Assembly (NCBI GenBank): GCA_047967505.1
Contig: CM106538.1
DNA length: 64,000 bases
Origin: Dipteris shenzhenensis
Taxonomy: Eukaryota
Reading direction: 5' to 3' (one strand)
Each line of letters starts with the position of its first letter. The stretch's first letter is position 1. Positions 13,801 to 27,200 of this stretch are shown in pieces. The notes beneath the pieces were generated by a model, which ran no database searches, had not been told where the DNA came from, and saw nothing but the letters and a program-made list of their open reading frames with translations. A program made the translations under genes and the position numbers.

Positions 13801-14709
13801 ATGGCATCCTCTTCCATGTCTGAAAAGGAGTTTTTCAACATTAAAAAGTTTGACGGGACAAACTTTTCTTTGTGGAAAGAACAGATAAGGGATGTGCTTA
13901 TTCAAAAGAAGCAGATTAAACCCTTGGCAGGGATTGAAGCTAAGCCTGCAAATATGTCCGAGGATGATTGGAATGAGTTGGATGCATTAGCAAAGTCTAC
14001 TATTAGACTTCATCTTGTAGAGTCAGTTTATTTCACATTAGTAAATCAGCAAACTATGGAAGATTTGTGGAAGAAACTGTGTGCCACGTATGAGAAGGAA
14101 ACTGCCTCTAATAAAGTTTACCTCATGAAGAGGTTGTTTGAGCTACAGATGAAGGAAGGGGTCTCCATTGCTTCTCACTTGAATGAATTCAATATTATTT
14201 TCAGCCAGTTTCAGGCTCAGAAGATGAATTTTGATGCGGAGACTAAGGCAATATTTCTCTTATGTTCATTGCCATCCTCATGGGATACCTTCCGTACAGC
14301 TGTCAGTAACTCTGCACCTGGTGGAGTACTGAAATTTGATGATGTTGTGGGTAGCTTGTTGGCCGAGGAGATTAGACGGAAGTCTATGGACGGCAACAAG
14401 CAGGATGCAGCCTTAAATGTGCAAAGGGGCAGATCACAGTTCAGGGGGAAGTCCCAAGAAAGAGGGAAGTCTCGTAGCAAATCCAGGGCATGGAACATTG
14501 AGTGTTACCACTATGGCAAGAAGGGCCATATGAAAAAGGATTGCTACAAGCTAAAAAGAGAGCAAAAGGATAAGAAAAAGAATGCAAATTGGGGTGCAAA
14601 TCAAAAGGAAGAGAGTCCAAGGGAGGACAAAGGAAAAATGAAGATCGAGGAGATCAATGCACACATGATAGTGACAATGACGTTCTCTTCATGTCTAGTT
14701 TATCTGTAG
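13801..14709 (+). pseudogene. Copia Gag, frameshifted relative to pol
   Basis: KFDGTNFSLWK..., LLCSLPSSW, degenerate knuckle CYHYGKKGHMKKDC. Confidence 0.85.
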
Positions 14710-16917
14710 AGTTGCTTACCACTTCAGATGATGCATATTCCCAGGATTGGATTTTGGATTCTAGTGCTTCATTCCATGTTACTCCCCATAGGGAATGGTT
14801 CTCCACTTATGATAGTGGAAAGACAGGTTGTGTGCATCTTGGAAATGACTATGCATGTGACATAGTCGGAGCAGGTGACATAAAGTTTTCTTTTGCAAAT
14901 GGGTCTACATTTATTTTGAAACATGTGAGACATGTGCCTAAGTTGACCAAGGGTCTTATTTCAGTGGGTCAACTAGATGATGCTGGTTTTCACACCACTT
15001 TTGGCTTTCAGAGTTGGAAAATTCAGAAGGGCTCTATGCTTTTGGCCAGGGGTGCCAAGTGTGGGACTTTGTATCCCTTATATGTATCAGGGGTATTTGA
15101 TCATGTTGTTGCAATAACCAAGCAGCCAAGCACTTCTTTGTGGCATTGCAGGTTGGGGCACATGAGCCAGAATGGAATGAAACTCTTATGCTGCTTGGGT
15201 TATGTACCGCATTTGAGTTTCTCTGATTTTGAATTTTGTGAGTACTGTCTCTATGGGAAGCAGACTAAATCAGCCCATAAAAGAAGGGGAAAGAAAGAGT
15301 TTGAAAAGCTTGACTTGGTGCATTTAGACGTATGTGGTCTCATGCCTACATGGTCATTAGGCGGGGTTGAATACTATGTGACATTCATTGATGATGCAAC
15401 TAGGAAAGTGTGGGCTTATGCTATAGCTCAAAAGAGTGATGTGTTCCAAGTATTTCAGAAATGGCTGGCCTTGGTTGAGAATCAGTCAGGTAGAACGTTT
15501 AAATGCCTACGGACTGACAATGGTGGAGAGTATCTCTCTCATGACTTTCAGCATTTCTGTGATACACATGGGATTAAGAGGGAGCTCACATCCCCTCGTA
15601 CTCCAGAGCAAAATTTAGTTGCAGAAAAGATGAACCGTACCATTCAAGAAAGGTTGCAATGCATGCTTTCCAATGCAAGTCTTTCTGGTGGTTTTTGGGC
15701 TGAGGCAATGAAGACTGCAGTGCATGTGATCAATAGATCACCTAGTAAGAGTTTAGATGGTGGTATTCCTAAAGAGGCATGGAGTGGCAAGAAGCCCTCT
15801 TACTCTCATTTGCGTATATTTGGGTGTGAGGCATATGCACATGTGCCAAAAGCGCTTCGAAAGAAGCTAGACCCTAAGTCTAGGAAATGCATCTTTCTAG
15901 GTTATGGTGAAAGTGGAGAGATGGGCTATCGTCTCTGGGATCCAGAAGCAAAGAAGATCATACGCAGCCATGATGTAGTCTTCAATGAGAAGAAGATGCA
16001 TAAGACACCCATGAGGGATGTGGAAATGAGGAGAATCACTTTCCAGGATGTGAATCCACCTACATATGTTGATAGACAGCAAGCTGTCCATGCACCAAAT
16101 GTGCAAGAAATGGTACCACCAAGTACTCCCATAGGTATACAATTAAGGGTAGATGATGGATCATCTATTGGTGGAAATGATGAGCCAAATGTGGCTGATA
16201 TGTAGGTGGGACAGTAAGTTGAAATGCCTTTGAGAAGATCATCTAGAGTGTCTAGACAACTTGATAGGTCTGTTCTAGGGGTAGACTATGTGATGCTTAC
16301 TGATTGCGGGGAGCCTTCTTGCTATAGAGAGGCTATGATGCACGAGGATAAATGCAAGTGGGAGTATGCTATGCAATCAGAGATGAGTTCACTTATGAAG
16401 AATAAGACTTGGGACTTGGTTTCTTTGCCACATGGAAAGAAAGCATTGCCATGTAAATGGGTCTACAAAATGAAGGTCACAGGTGATGATGTGCCTAGGT
16501 ACAAGGCCCGTTTGGTTGCTAAAGGGTTCAAGCAAGAGAAGGGTGTGGACTTTGATGAGATATTCTCTCCGGTTGTGAAGATGACCACACTTAGATGCAT
16601 GCTTTGACTAGTGGCATTAGAGGATATGGAGCTTATGCAGATGAATGTCAAGACAGCTTTCTTGCATGGGGATTTGCATGAGGAAATTTACATGGTGCAG
16701 CCGGAAGGCTTTGAAGAAAAGGGCAAGGAGAATTTAGTTTGCAAGCTGAAGAAGAGTCTCTAAGGTCTTAAGCAAGCACCTAGAGAATGGTATCAGAAGT
16801 TTGATGCTTTCATTCGGTCCCAGGGTTTTAGAAGGAGTGAAATTGATCACTGCCTCTACACTAAAAGGGCTAAGGATAATAGCCTGATAATCTTGGCACT
16901 ATATGTGGATGATATGC
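14589..16917 (+). pseudogene. Copia pol (protease, GAG-pre-integrase, integrase, N-terminal RT) with stops
   Basis: [65 protein letters not shown]-like motif, LYVDDML. Confidence 0.9.
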
Positions 16918-17406
16918 TATTGAGCCTATGTTGTTTGAAGGAGCCGTCTGGCATTGGCACTGTAGGTTGTCGGTCTAGAGTTGTTGGCTCGAGTTCGGAG
17001 TTTCTGTTGCAAGGAGATAGAGCTCTTAGTGGTTGTGAAGGTTGTGAGGCTCATAGTTATGGCTCGTTGGAGGTGTTGGCAGCTGATTTGATAGGGCGCT
17101 ACTCGTTGTTGAGGTCACCATTGAATCCGAGTCGCTATAAGAGCTGTTGATATGGCTTGAGTCTGCTGGGTGCGGAGCGATGCTATGAAGGAGGAGCATG
17201 TGAAGGCACTGGGAGCCAGGCTATGAAGCTAGAGGAGAAGAAAAATAGAAGGAATTGCTAAGTGTATAAGGGCTGACTTGGGTTCTCCAGGGCATGGGTT
17301 GTACTCAGCTTCATTCCTCCTGAAAACATCCAAAATGTTATTGTTCGGCTTCCCCTCCCCAAACTTGTTCGCCTTCATTCAGTAAGCCCTGGTCTTCCCT
17401 CATTCC

Positions 17407-20070
17407 TGTTGGGATATCTCAAGGTGTATGCCTCAGGCACACCTTGGTTTCTATGTGTGAGTGCTAGAGGCACAGTTAGGTGCCCACAAGCACAGTTAGG
17501 TGGTGGAAGAGCCACATAGGATGATTGAGAGAATCTAGGAGCAGATTGAGGAGATGATTGTGGAGCTCTGAAGTCATCAGTGATGTCAGTGAGCATGTAT
17601 GAGGTGCCTACTTAAGGACCTCACTCTTCTTCATTCTACAAGCAAGTAATGCAAGTATTCTGAGTTTGTGTCCACTCTTTCCTTTCCTTTCAGTTTACCA
17701 ACATGGTATCAGAGCCCTTTGATCCCCCTTGAGCCCATTTCTGCCACATCATCTTCTTCTTCTTCATCTTCTTCTCCATTTTCCTCTTTCTTCCCAAAAT
17801 CTTTGAGAGCTTGGTTCTCCACCTACAAACGACCATTGCCCAAACCCTCTAAGCTAGAAACTCCTCTAGTATGGGCAAACTTCCACCTGCAAGCAATTGA
17901 AGAAAAAACGTCTGTGGTGGCTGCCATTCCCCAAAAAGCGCATTTTTTTACCATTTCTTCTATTGCTCAATACTCCCTACTTGCTCCGCCATTGCCTGAG
18001 CCCTCTTAGGAGTAGATGGGTGACCTCAAGACAAAGATTTTGAGCCATTTTTCAGCTCATTTGGTTTAGTAACGAGGGAGAAATCGTCAAAACTCAGGTT
18101 CAGCCTGTAGCAACTCCCCCGGCCAAAAGTGCGCACCATTTCGTCCAACCTCTGTGTTGGACCCTCTCTGGTATATGAGCTTTCTTTTGCTTTAGAAAGC
18201 CCTCTTTTCCTTGCTTTGAAGAGTGAGCTACAAGCCCTCCAAGTTCAGCCTTTTAGTTTTGACAGTTTTGGACAAGTTTTTGAAGATGATGCTACATAAA
18301 ATGCTACTCTAGCATTTCTGGTTTTTTGAAACTTTCAATAACTTCAGTACAAGTGTGGCTTCAGTTTTGTTTTGAATTGCTAGACCTGGTTTTGATTGGA
18401 AAGTATTCATTTTAGCCACTTCTATGAAGCATGTAAGAAGAAGCATCATTGATTGAATATTGGTCACTAGTCTTTGCTACATCAAGTGCTCATATTTTGG
18501 AAGTCTTTCAATTATTTTTTGCCTTGTAAGAGAGATAGACACTGCCCAATATCTGGGTTAGACCCTCTCATGGCTACCCTATTGAATCTAGAAAAGTTCA
18601 ATGGAAAGGGCTTCCACACATGGCAGATGAAGGTGAAATTTGCATTGATGAGGGAGAACTTATGGGGACTTGTCAAACCGACTCCTACCGCTTCTTCTAC
18701 GGCCTCCAATGCTGGAGAATCCTCCACTCCGACACGACCGGCAAGGGATCCAGCTAGAGAAGAAAAAGCATATGGTATCATTGCTCTTGCTTTAGGAGAT
18801 GATTATATTCACCATATCTCTGACTTGGAGTCTCCTTCAGAAGCTTGGCAGAAGCTTGACATGATTTTTGGTGCTAGCTCTCACATCTCTAAACTATCAC
18901 TTAAAATCTCTTTCTTTGAATTGAAGATGGCTAGTGGTACTACTTTAGCAGCTCATGTCAACTATATGCGGAGTCTTATGACTCAATTAGCTTCTATCAA
19001 CTCTCCTATTACTCCAGATGATGCTATGGCAGTGTTACTTAAGAGTATGCCTGAAGACTATGATCACATAGTTACCACTTTGAAAAATCTTCCTAACCCT
19101 AATCTTGAAGGTATTATCTCTGCTCTCCAAGAAGAAGAAAGGCATATGGAGCTCAGGAAAGGCAATGACACTGTTTATGCTGTAAAAGTCCAGAAGGGCA
19201 AGTATACCCCTTGCAATCACTGTGGAAAGACAAATCACCTTTCAAAGGACTGCTTCAAAATTAATCCATGCAAGCACTGTGGCAAGAACAACCATAATGA
19301 GAAGTTTTGCAGAGCCAAAGCAAAGACAGAAAATGCAAATCTACTTTCAGTTGATGAGCCTCCACAAGATGAGGCATCCTTTGAAGATTATGCATTTTAA
19401 AACATCTCTATGTATGCTCCAAATCTCTCTTTTTATGTCAAGGTACTCAGCCTGGATAGTCCTCCAAAATGAATGAAATAAACTATTGTGTTTTGTGTGT
19501 TTTGTAAACACCTCTGGTCACCTTATGATGTAGGCCATGTGTATGTTTTGCTCCATGGTACCTTCTGCAGACATTGTGTGCATGTACATGCAGGGGAGAT
19601 AACCATTGGAAGGTCTTTTTGTATCCCTTTTGTTTACCTTACACCCATGGGAACCCTTGCTAGCATGAGAACCTAGCCATAGATTTATCCTTGACCACCA
19701 TGAGATGGCATGAGAAACTATGAGACTAGATGTATCCTTGACATAGCCTGAGGCATTCCCTTGAGGGGGGGTTTGTTGGGATATCTCAAGGTGTATGCCT
19801 CAGGCACACCTGGGTTTCTATGTGTGAGTGCTAAAGGCACAATTAGGTGCCCACAAGCACAGTTAGGTGGTGGAAGAGCCACATAGGATGATTGAGAGAA
19901 TCTAGGAGTAGATTGAGGAGATGATTGTGGAGCTCTGAAGTCATCAGTGATGTCAGTGAGCATGTATGAGGTGCCTACTTAAGGACCTCACTCTTCTTCA
20001 TTCTACAAGCAAGTAATGCAAGTATTCTGAGTTTGTGTCCACTCTTTCCTTTCCTTTCAGTTTACCAACA
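17407..20070 (+). mobile_element. Intact Gag-only non-autonomous LTR retrotransposon (TR-GAG type), 2664 bp
   Basis: 297-bp LTRs 17407-17703 and 19774-20070 with ~4 mismatches by eye; TSD ATTCC at 17402-17406 and 20071-20075; PBS TGGTATCAGAGC at 17704; PPT GAGGGGGGG at 19763-19771; no pol. Confidence 0.95.
18570..19400 (+). CDS. Copia-type Gag, 276 aa, two CCHC knuckles
   Basis: MATLLNLEKFNGKGFHTWQMKVK..LW; LLKSMPEDYD; CNHCGKTNHLSKDC and CKHCGKNNHNEKFC; ends FEDYAF*. Confidence 0.9.
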   Translation: MATLLNLEKFNGKGFHTWQMKVKFALMRENLWGLVKPTPTASSTASNAGESSTPTRPARDPAREEKAYGIIALALGDDYIHHISDLESPSEAWQKLDMIFGASSHISKLSLKISFFELKMASGTTLAAHVNYMRSLMTQLASINSPITPDDAMAVLLKSMPEDYDHIVTTLKNLPNPNLEGIISALQEEERHMELRKGNDTVYAVKVQKGKYTPCNHCGKTNHLSKDCFKINPCKHCGKNNHNEKFCRAKAKTENANLLSVDEPPQDEASFEDYAF

Positions 20071-21291
20071 ATTCCTTGACCAAGCTTTGGTGAGCTTTGG
20101 ATTAAGGCTCCTGTTAGGAAATCGTGGCTTGTCTTGGATGTCACCGACCTTGAAGAATCGCGCTGTTTCACTTAAGTTTTTGAATCGAATTCCTGGTTTC
20201 TATTTGTCCTCAAAAAACCTTCTAGAAACATGTGTGATCATGAGCTCAGCCGGAGGATTGTCATAGCATTAGCTTTGTGGCTTGCTTGAAGCTTTGGAGC
20301 TACAGGTCTCCAAGATGGCAGAACATCGGCTGTTTGTGATGCCCGTCTCTCCTCTCGGAATAGGAGGAGACTAGATCTCTATCTCACAAGGGATCTCTGT
20401 GAAGAACTTCACAATTTCTTGTCTCAATGGAAACACCTCTCTCTCATGGACGGAATGGATGGAATGAACAAATGGAAAAGAGCCAACATTGGTATCAGAG
20501 GCAATGTAGAGAAGATGGAAAGCAAATCCAAACATGAGGTGAAGCTAATTGATTACAATAGCACCAACTTTCCTATTTGGCAGCTCACGCTTTGTTTGTA
20601 TCATGGAGAAGGCTTTTGGTCGATTGTCTTAGATGTTGAGAAGAAACCAACAGGGAGAAAGGCTCATGACTCTCCTAAATTAGTAGAGAGATTGGAGGAA
20701 AGGAATGACAAGGCTCTTGGAATTCTGGGGTGAGCACTTGGTGGGAGGTATAGCCATCATCTCAACTTCTCCAAGATGGCATGCGAGAACTAGACTGTAG
20801 TGGAGACCTTGTTTAGTAGGCCGAGGCTCCAAAATTCAAAGGTATTACTCAATCATCAATTCTTTTGTTTGAATATTACAGAGGATCAAACACTTGGAGA
20901 GCATCTAAATCAGATGCACTCAATCCTTTGACAACCATTGATCTCGGTGTATGTATGGAAGACGATGATTCTAAAGTTGTACTTATTTCTAGCCTTACAC
21001 CATCATATGATGATCTTGTTAAGATCCTAAGAGTTAAAAATGATGCAAGTCTCTTATAAATGATTTCCATGCTACTAGAAGAGAGGCACAAGGTACTGAC
21101 GGGTAAAAGTGTGGATATTGTTGGAAGCTTGGACACAGAAAATAAACCTGTTTCAAAATGCGGGATGATATCACTCAGAAGAACAAAGAAAAAGGTAAAG
21201 AAAGTGTGCATGCAATAGAGGATTTTGCGAGACTCTATGTTGCAAGTGCAAGCGATGAAGATGAATGGGCATTCTAAACTCGGTGTTCATG

Positions 21292-24200
21292 TGTTGACTC
21301 TGTGCCAACATGAACTTATGAAGAAAGAGAAGGTGTTACAACTTTGTGATACAACTTTGTGTTACAACTTTCTGTTACAACTTCTAGACACAACCTTGTG
21401 TTACGACTTTGTGTTACAACTTCTACATGAAGAGAGAGAATGTGTTACGACTTTGTGACACAACTTTGTGTTACAGCTTTGTGTAACAACTTTGTGTTAC
21501 AACTTTGTGTTACAACTTCTACATGTAGAGAGAGAATGTGTTACAACTTTGTGTTACAACTTTGTGATACAACTTTGTGTTACAACTTTGTGATACGACT
21601 TTGTGTTATATGCAGAGAGAGAAGCTCTCCAACTTGTATAAATACCCCATAATGGAATGAAGCCCACACTCTTTGGGGCATTGTGTTGAGTCTACTTTGG
21701 TATTCTAAGCATTTGTCTCAAGTGTCCATGCTTCCTTGCACTGCACGTCCAAAAGCATGTCCTAACCTTACAACTCCTCCTTCCCTCTCCTCCAACCTTG
21801 CAACTCATCCTCTCCCTCTCCTCCTCCCTCCTCCTCCTCCCTCCTCCTCCTCCTCCTCCTCCCTCCTCCTCCTCCTCCTCTCCTCCTCCTCCCTCCTCCT
21901 CCTTCCTCCTCTCTCTTCTTTCCCCCATGCTCTTACACCTTTTTCCTCTCCCACTCCTATGCTTTCCTAAACCCTTTGTTCCTCAACCCTTAAACTCCAT
22001 GATCTACGAGGGAGACGAGTTCTCCACCATGTACTCTACTCTGAACCTTGGATCCTCCTTCTAACCTTGGACTCCTTCTAAACCTTGGAACCTCCTTCTA
22101 AACCCTGGAACTCTTTCTGAACCCTGGAACCTCCTTCTAAACCTTAAACTCCTCCTAAACCCTACAACCCCCAATGAAGGCGAAATAAAGATGATTTACG
22201 TTCCTTTTACACATGCATGCACTTTGTTTTCTTACCACACTTAAGCCTACGTCTCTCACCGAAACACGACTCGAGGTCCTAAGCTACACATCTACTACAA
22301 CCGACAATCCCAATATATCTGTAGGTGACAAAAATCCTCGGAACCTTGCAAACATAGAATACCCAGCTCTTCCTACGAAAGTAATAGGAAAGAGCCAACA
22401 TTTGTGGTAAGCAAACAAAGTGCATGCATGTGTAAAAGGAACATAAATCATCTTTGTTGAAGTAACGAAGGCTTTCGCCTTCATTGGGGGTTATAGGGTT
22501 TAGGAGGAGTTTAAGGTTTAGAAGGAGGTTCCAGGGTTCAGAAAGAGTTCTAGGGTTTAGAAGGAGGTTCCAAGGTTTAGAAGGAGTCTAGGGTTGTTGA
22601 CTTTGTGCCAACATGAACTTATGAAGAAAGAGAAGGTGTTACAACTTTGTGACACAACTTTGTGTTACAACTTCTAGACACAACTTTGTGTTACGACTTT
22701 GTGTTACAACTTCTACATGAAGAGAGAGAATGTGTTACGACTTTGTGACACAACTTTGTATCACTCCTATGCTTTCCTAAACCCTTTGTCCCTCAACCCT
22801 TAAACTCCATGATCTACGAGGGAGACGAGTTCTCCACCATGTACTCTACTCTGAACCTTGGATCCTCCTTCTAACCCTGGACTCCTTCTAAAACTTGGAA
22901 CCTCCTTCTAAACCCTGGAACTCTTTCTGAACCCTAGAACCTCCTTCTAAACCTTAAACTCCTCCTAAACCCTACAACCCCCAATGAAGGCGAAAGCCTT
23001 CATTACTTCAACAAAAATGATTTATCTTCCTTTTACACATGCATGCACTTTGTTTGCTTACCACACTTAAGCCTACGTCTCTCACCGGAACACGACTCGA
23101 GGTCCTAAGCTACACATATACTACAACCGACAATCCCAATATATCTGTAGGTGACAAAATTCCTCGGAACCCTGCAAACATAGAATACCCAGCTCTTCCT
23201 ACGAAAGTAGTAGGAAAGAGCCAACATTTGTGGTAAGTAAACAAAGTGCATGCATGTGTAAAAGGAACGTAAATCATCTTTGTTGAAGTCATGAAGGCTT
23301 TCGCCTTCATTGGGGGTTGTAGGGTTTAGGAGGAGTTTAAGGTTTAGAAGGAGGTTCCAGGTTTCAGAAAGAGTTCTAGGGTTTAGAAGGAGGTTCCAAG
23401 GTTTAGAAGGAATTGTTGACTCTGTGCCAACATGAACTTATGAAGAAAGAGAAGGTGTTACAACTTTGTGATACAACTTTGTGTTACAACTTTGTGTTAC
23501 AACTTTGTGTTACGAGTTCTAGACACAACTTTGTGTTACGACTTTGTGTAACAACTTTGTGTTACAACTTCTACATGAAGAGAGAGAATGTGTTACGACT
23601 TTGTGACACAACTTTGTGTTACAACTTTGTGTAACAACTTTGTGTTACAACTTTGTGTTACAACTTCTACATGTAGAGAGAGAATGTGTTACAACTTTGT
23701 GCTATAACTTTGTGATACAACTTTGTGTTACAACTTTGTGATACGACTTTGTGTTACATGCAGAGAGGGAAGCTCTCCAACTTGTATAAATACCCCATAA
23801 TGGAATGAAGCCCACACTCTTTGGGGCATTGTGTTGAGTCTACTTTGGTATTCCAAGCATTTGTCTCAAGTATCCATGCTTCCTTACACTGCACGTCCAA
23901 AAGCATGTCCTAACCTTACAACTCCTCCTTCCCTCTCCTCCAACCTTGCAACCCATCCTCTCCCTCTCCTCCTCCCTCCTCCTCCTCCCTCCTCCTCCTC
24001 CTCCTCCCTCCTCCTCCTCCTCCTCTCTCCTCCTCCTTCCTCCTCTCTCTTCTTTCCCCCATGCTCTTACACCTTCTTCCTCTCCCACTCCTATGCTTTC
24101 CTAAACCCTTTGTTCTGCAACCCTTAAACTCCATGATCTACGAGGGAGACGAGTTCTCCATTATGTACTCTACTCTGAACGTTGGATCCTCCTTCTAACC

Positions 24201-27200
24201 CTGGACTCCTTCTAAACCTTGGAACCTCCTTCTAAACCTTGGAACTCTTTCTGAACCCTGGAACCTCCTTCTAAACCTTAAACTCCTCCTAAACCCTACA
24301 ACCCCCAATGAAGGCGAAAGCCTTCATTACTTCAATAAAGATGATTTACGTTCCTTTTACACATGCATGCACTTTGTTTGCTTACCACACTTAAGCCTAC
24401 GTCTCTCACTGGAACACAACTCGAGGTCCTAAGCTACACATCTACCACAACCGACAATCCCAATATATCTGTAGGTGACAAAAATCCTCGGAACCCTGCA
24501 AACATAGAATACCCAGCTCTTCCTACGAAAGTAATAGGAAAGAGCCAACATTTGTGGTAAGCAAACAAAGTGCATGCATGTTTAAAAGGAACATAAATCA
24601 TCTTTGGTTAAGTAACGAAGGCTTTCGCCTTCATTGAGGGTTGTAGGGTTTAGGAGGAGTTTAAGGTTTAGAAGGAGGTTCCAGGAATCAGAAAGAGTTC
24701 CAGGGTTTAGAAGGAGGTTCCAAGGTTTAGAAGGAGTCTAGGGTTGTTGACTCTGTGCCAACATGAACTTATGAAGAAAGAGAAGGTGTTACAACTTTGT
24801 GATACAACTTTGTGTTACAACTTTGTGTTACAACTTCTAGACACAACTTTGTGTTACGACTTTGTGTAACAACTTTGTGTTATAACTTCTACATGAAGAG
24901 AGAGAATGTGTTACGACTTTGTGACACAACTTTGTATCACTCCTATGCTTTCCTAAACCCTTTGTTCCTCAACCCTTAAACTCCATGATCTACGAGGGAG
25001 GCGAGTTCTCCACCATGTACTCTACTCTGAACCTTGGATCCTCCTTCTAACCCTGGACTCCTTCTAAACCTTGGAACCTCCTTCTAAACCTTGGAACTCT
25101 TTCTGAACCCTAGAACCTCCTTCTAAACCTTAAACTCCTCCTAAACCCTACAACCCCCAATGAAGGCGAAAGCCTTCATTACTTCAACAAAGATGATTTA
25201 CGTTCCTTTTACACATGCATGCACTTTGTTTGCTTACCACACTTAAGCCTACGTCTCTCACTGGAACACGACTCAAGGTCCTAAGCTACACATATACTAC
25301 AACCGACAATCCCAATATATCTGTAGGTGACAAAAATCCTCGGAACCCTGCAAACATAGAATACCCAGCTCTTCCTACGAAAGTAGTAGGAAAGAGCCAA
25401 CATTTGTGGTAAGCAAACAAAGTGCATGCATGTGTAAAAGGAACGTAAATCATCTTTGTTCAAGTAATGAAGGTTTCGCCTTCATTGGGGGTTGTAGGGT
25501 TTAGGAGGAGTTTAAGGTTTAGAAGGAGGTTCCAGGGTTCAGAAAGAGTTCCAGGGTTTAGAAGGAGGTTCCAAGGTTTAGAAGAAGTTGTTGACTCTGT
25601 GCCAACATGAACTTATGAAGAAAGAGAAGGTGTTACAACTTTGTGATACAACTTTGTGTTACAACTTCTAGACACAACTTTGTGTTACGACTTTGTGTAA
25701 CAACTTTGTGTTACAACTTCTACATGAAGAGAGAGAATGTGTTACGACTTTGTTACACAACTTTGTGTAGCAACTTTGTGTTACAACTTTGTGTTACAAC
25801 TTCTACATGTAGAGAGAGAATGTGTTACAACTTTGTGCTATAACTTTGTGCTACAACTTTGTGATACAACTTTGTGTTACAACTTTGTGATACGACTTTG
25901 TGTTACATGCAGAGAGAGAAGCTCTCCAACTTGTATAAATACCCCATAATGGAATGAAGCCCACACTCTTTGGGGCATTGTGTTGAGTCTACTTTGGTAT
26001 TCCAAGCATTTGTCTCAAGTGTCCATGCTTCCTTGCACTGCACGTCCAAAAGCATGTCCTAACCTTACAACTCCTCCTTCCCTCTCCTCCAACCTTGCAA
26101 CCCATCCTCTCCCTCTCCTCCTCCCTCCTCCTCCTCCCTCCTCCTCCTCCTCCTCTCTCCTCCTCCTCCCTCCTCCTCCTTCCTCCTCTCTCTTCTTTCC
26201 CCCATGCTCTTACACCTTCTTCCTCTCCCACTCCTATGCTTTCCTAAACCCTTTGTTCCTCAACCCTTAAACTCCATGATCTACGAGGGAGATGAGTTCT
26301 CCACCATGTACTCTACTCTGAACCTTGGATCCTCCTTCTAACCTTGGACTCCTTCTAAACCTTGAAACCTCCTTCTAAACCCTGGAACTCTTTCTGAACC
26401 CTGGAACCTCCTTCTAAAACTTAAACTCCTCCTAAACCCTACAACCCCCAATGAAGGCGAAAGCCTTCATTACTTTAACAAAGATGATTTACGTTCCTTT
26501 TACACATGCATGCACTTCGTTTGCTTACCACACTTAAGCCTACGTCTCTCACCGGAACACGACTCGAGGTCCTAAGCTACACATATACTACAACCGACAA
26601 TCCCAATATATCTGTAGGTGATAAAAATCCTCGGAACCCTGCAAACATAGAATACCCAGCTCTTCCTACGAAAGCAGTAGGAAAGAGCCAACATTTGTGG
26701 TAAGCAAACAAAGTGCATGCATGTGTAAAAGGAAAGTAATTCATCTTTGTTGAAATAATGAAGGCTTTCGCCTTCATTGGGGGTTGTAGGGTTTAGGAGG
26801 AGTTTAAGGTTTAGAAGGAGGTTCTAGGGTTCAAAAAGAGTTCCAGGGTTTAGAAGGAGATTCCAAGGATTAGAAGGAGTCCAGGGTTGTTGACTCTGTG
26901 CCAACATGAACTTATAAAGAAAGGGAAGGTGTTACAACTTTGTGATACAACTTTGTGTTACAACTTCTAGACACAACTTTGTGTTACGACTTTGTGTAAC
27001 AACTTTGTGTTACAACTTCTACATGAAGAGAGAGAATGTGTTACGACTTTGTGACACAACTTTGTGTTACAACTTTGTGTTACAACTTTGTGTAACAACT
27101 TTGTGTTGCAACTTTGTGTTACAACTTCTACATGTAGAGAGAGAATGTGTTACAACTTTGTGATACAACTTTGTGTTACAACTTTGTGATACGACTTTGT

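Larger units (their letters stand above)
12336..16917 (+). mobile_element. Ty1/copia (Tnt1/Tork-like) internal region, interrupted inside RT; 5' LTR ends at 12333 (start not resolved)
   Basis: PBS TGGTATCAGAGC at 12336, then a ~1.45-kb leader and gag-PR-INT-RT order. RT stops abruptly after LYVDDML at about 16917, where another LTR begins. Confidence 0.9.
16918..21291 (+). mobile_element. Decayed Gag-only copia-type element: 5' LTR ~16918-20488 (split by the 17407-20070 insertion), PBS at 20490, degenerate gag ~20515-21277
   Basis: The LTR ends ..GAGCCAACA-T-TGGTATCAGAGG. Gag fragments MESKSKHEVKLIDYNSTNFPIWQL, DDSKVVLISSLTPSYDDLV and C-terminus ..LYVASASDEDEWAF* (TAA 21275-21277). The LTR start is inferred from TATTG, read as a mutated TGTTG. 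Confidence 0.65.

Noticed and set aside
22063-22170. Telomerase RNA template (CTAAACCCT) or interstitial telomere
   Set aside because: The motif is part of degenerate ~21-bp subrepeats. No Pol III USE/TATA context or clean TTTAGGG run was seen.
21225-27163. Short ORFs in the array (LCDTTLCYNF repeats, poly-P/S/G/E, MHALC... 65 aa)
   Set aside because: They are translations of subrepeats and microsatellites with no recognisable domain.
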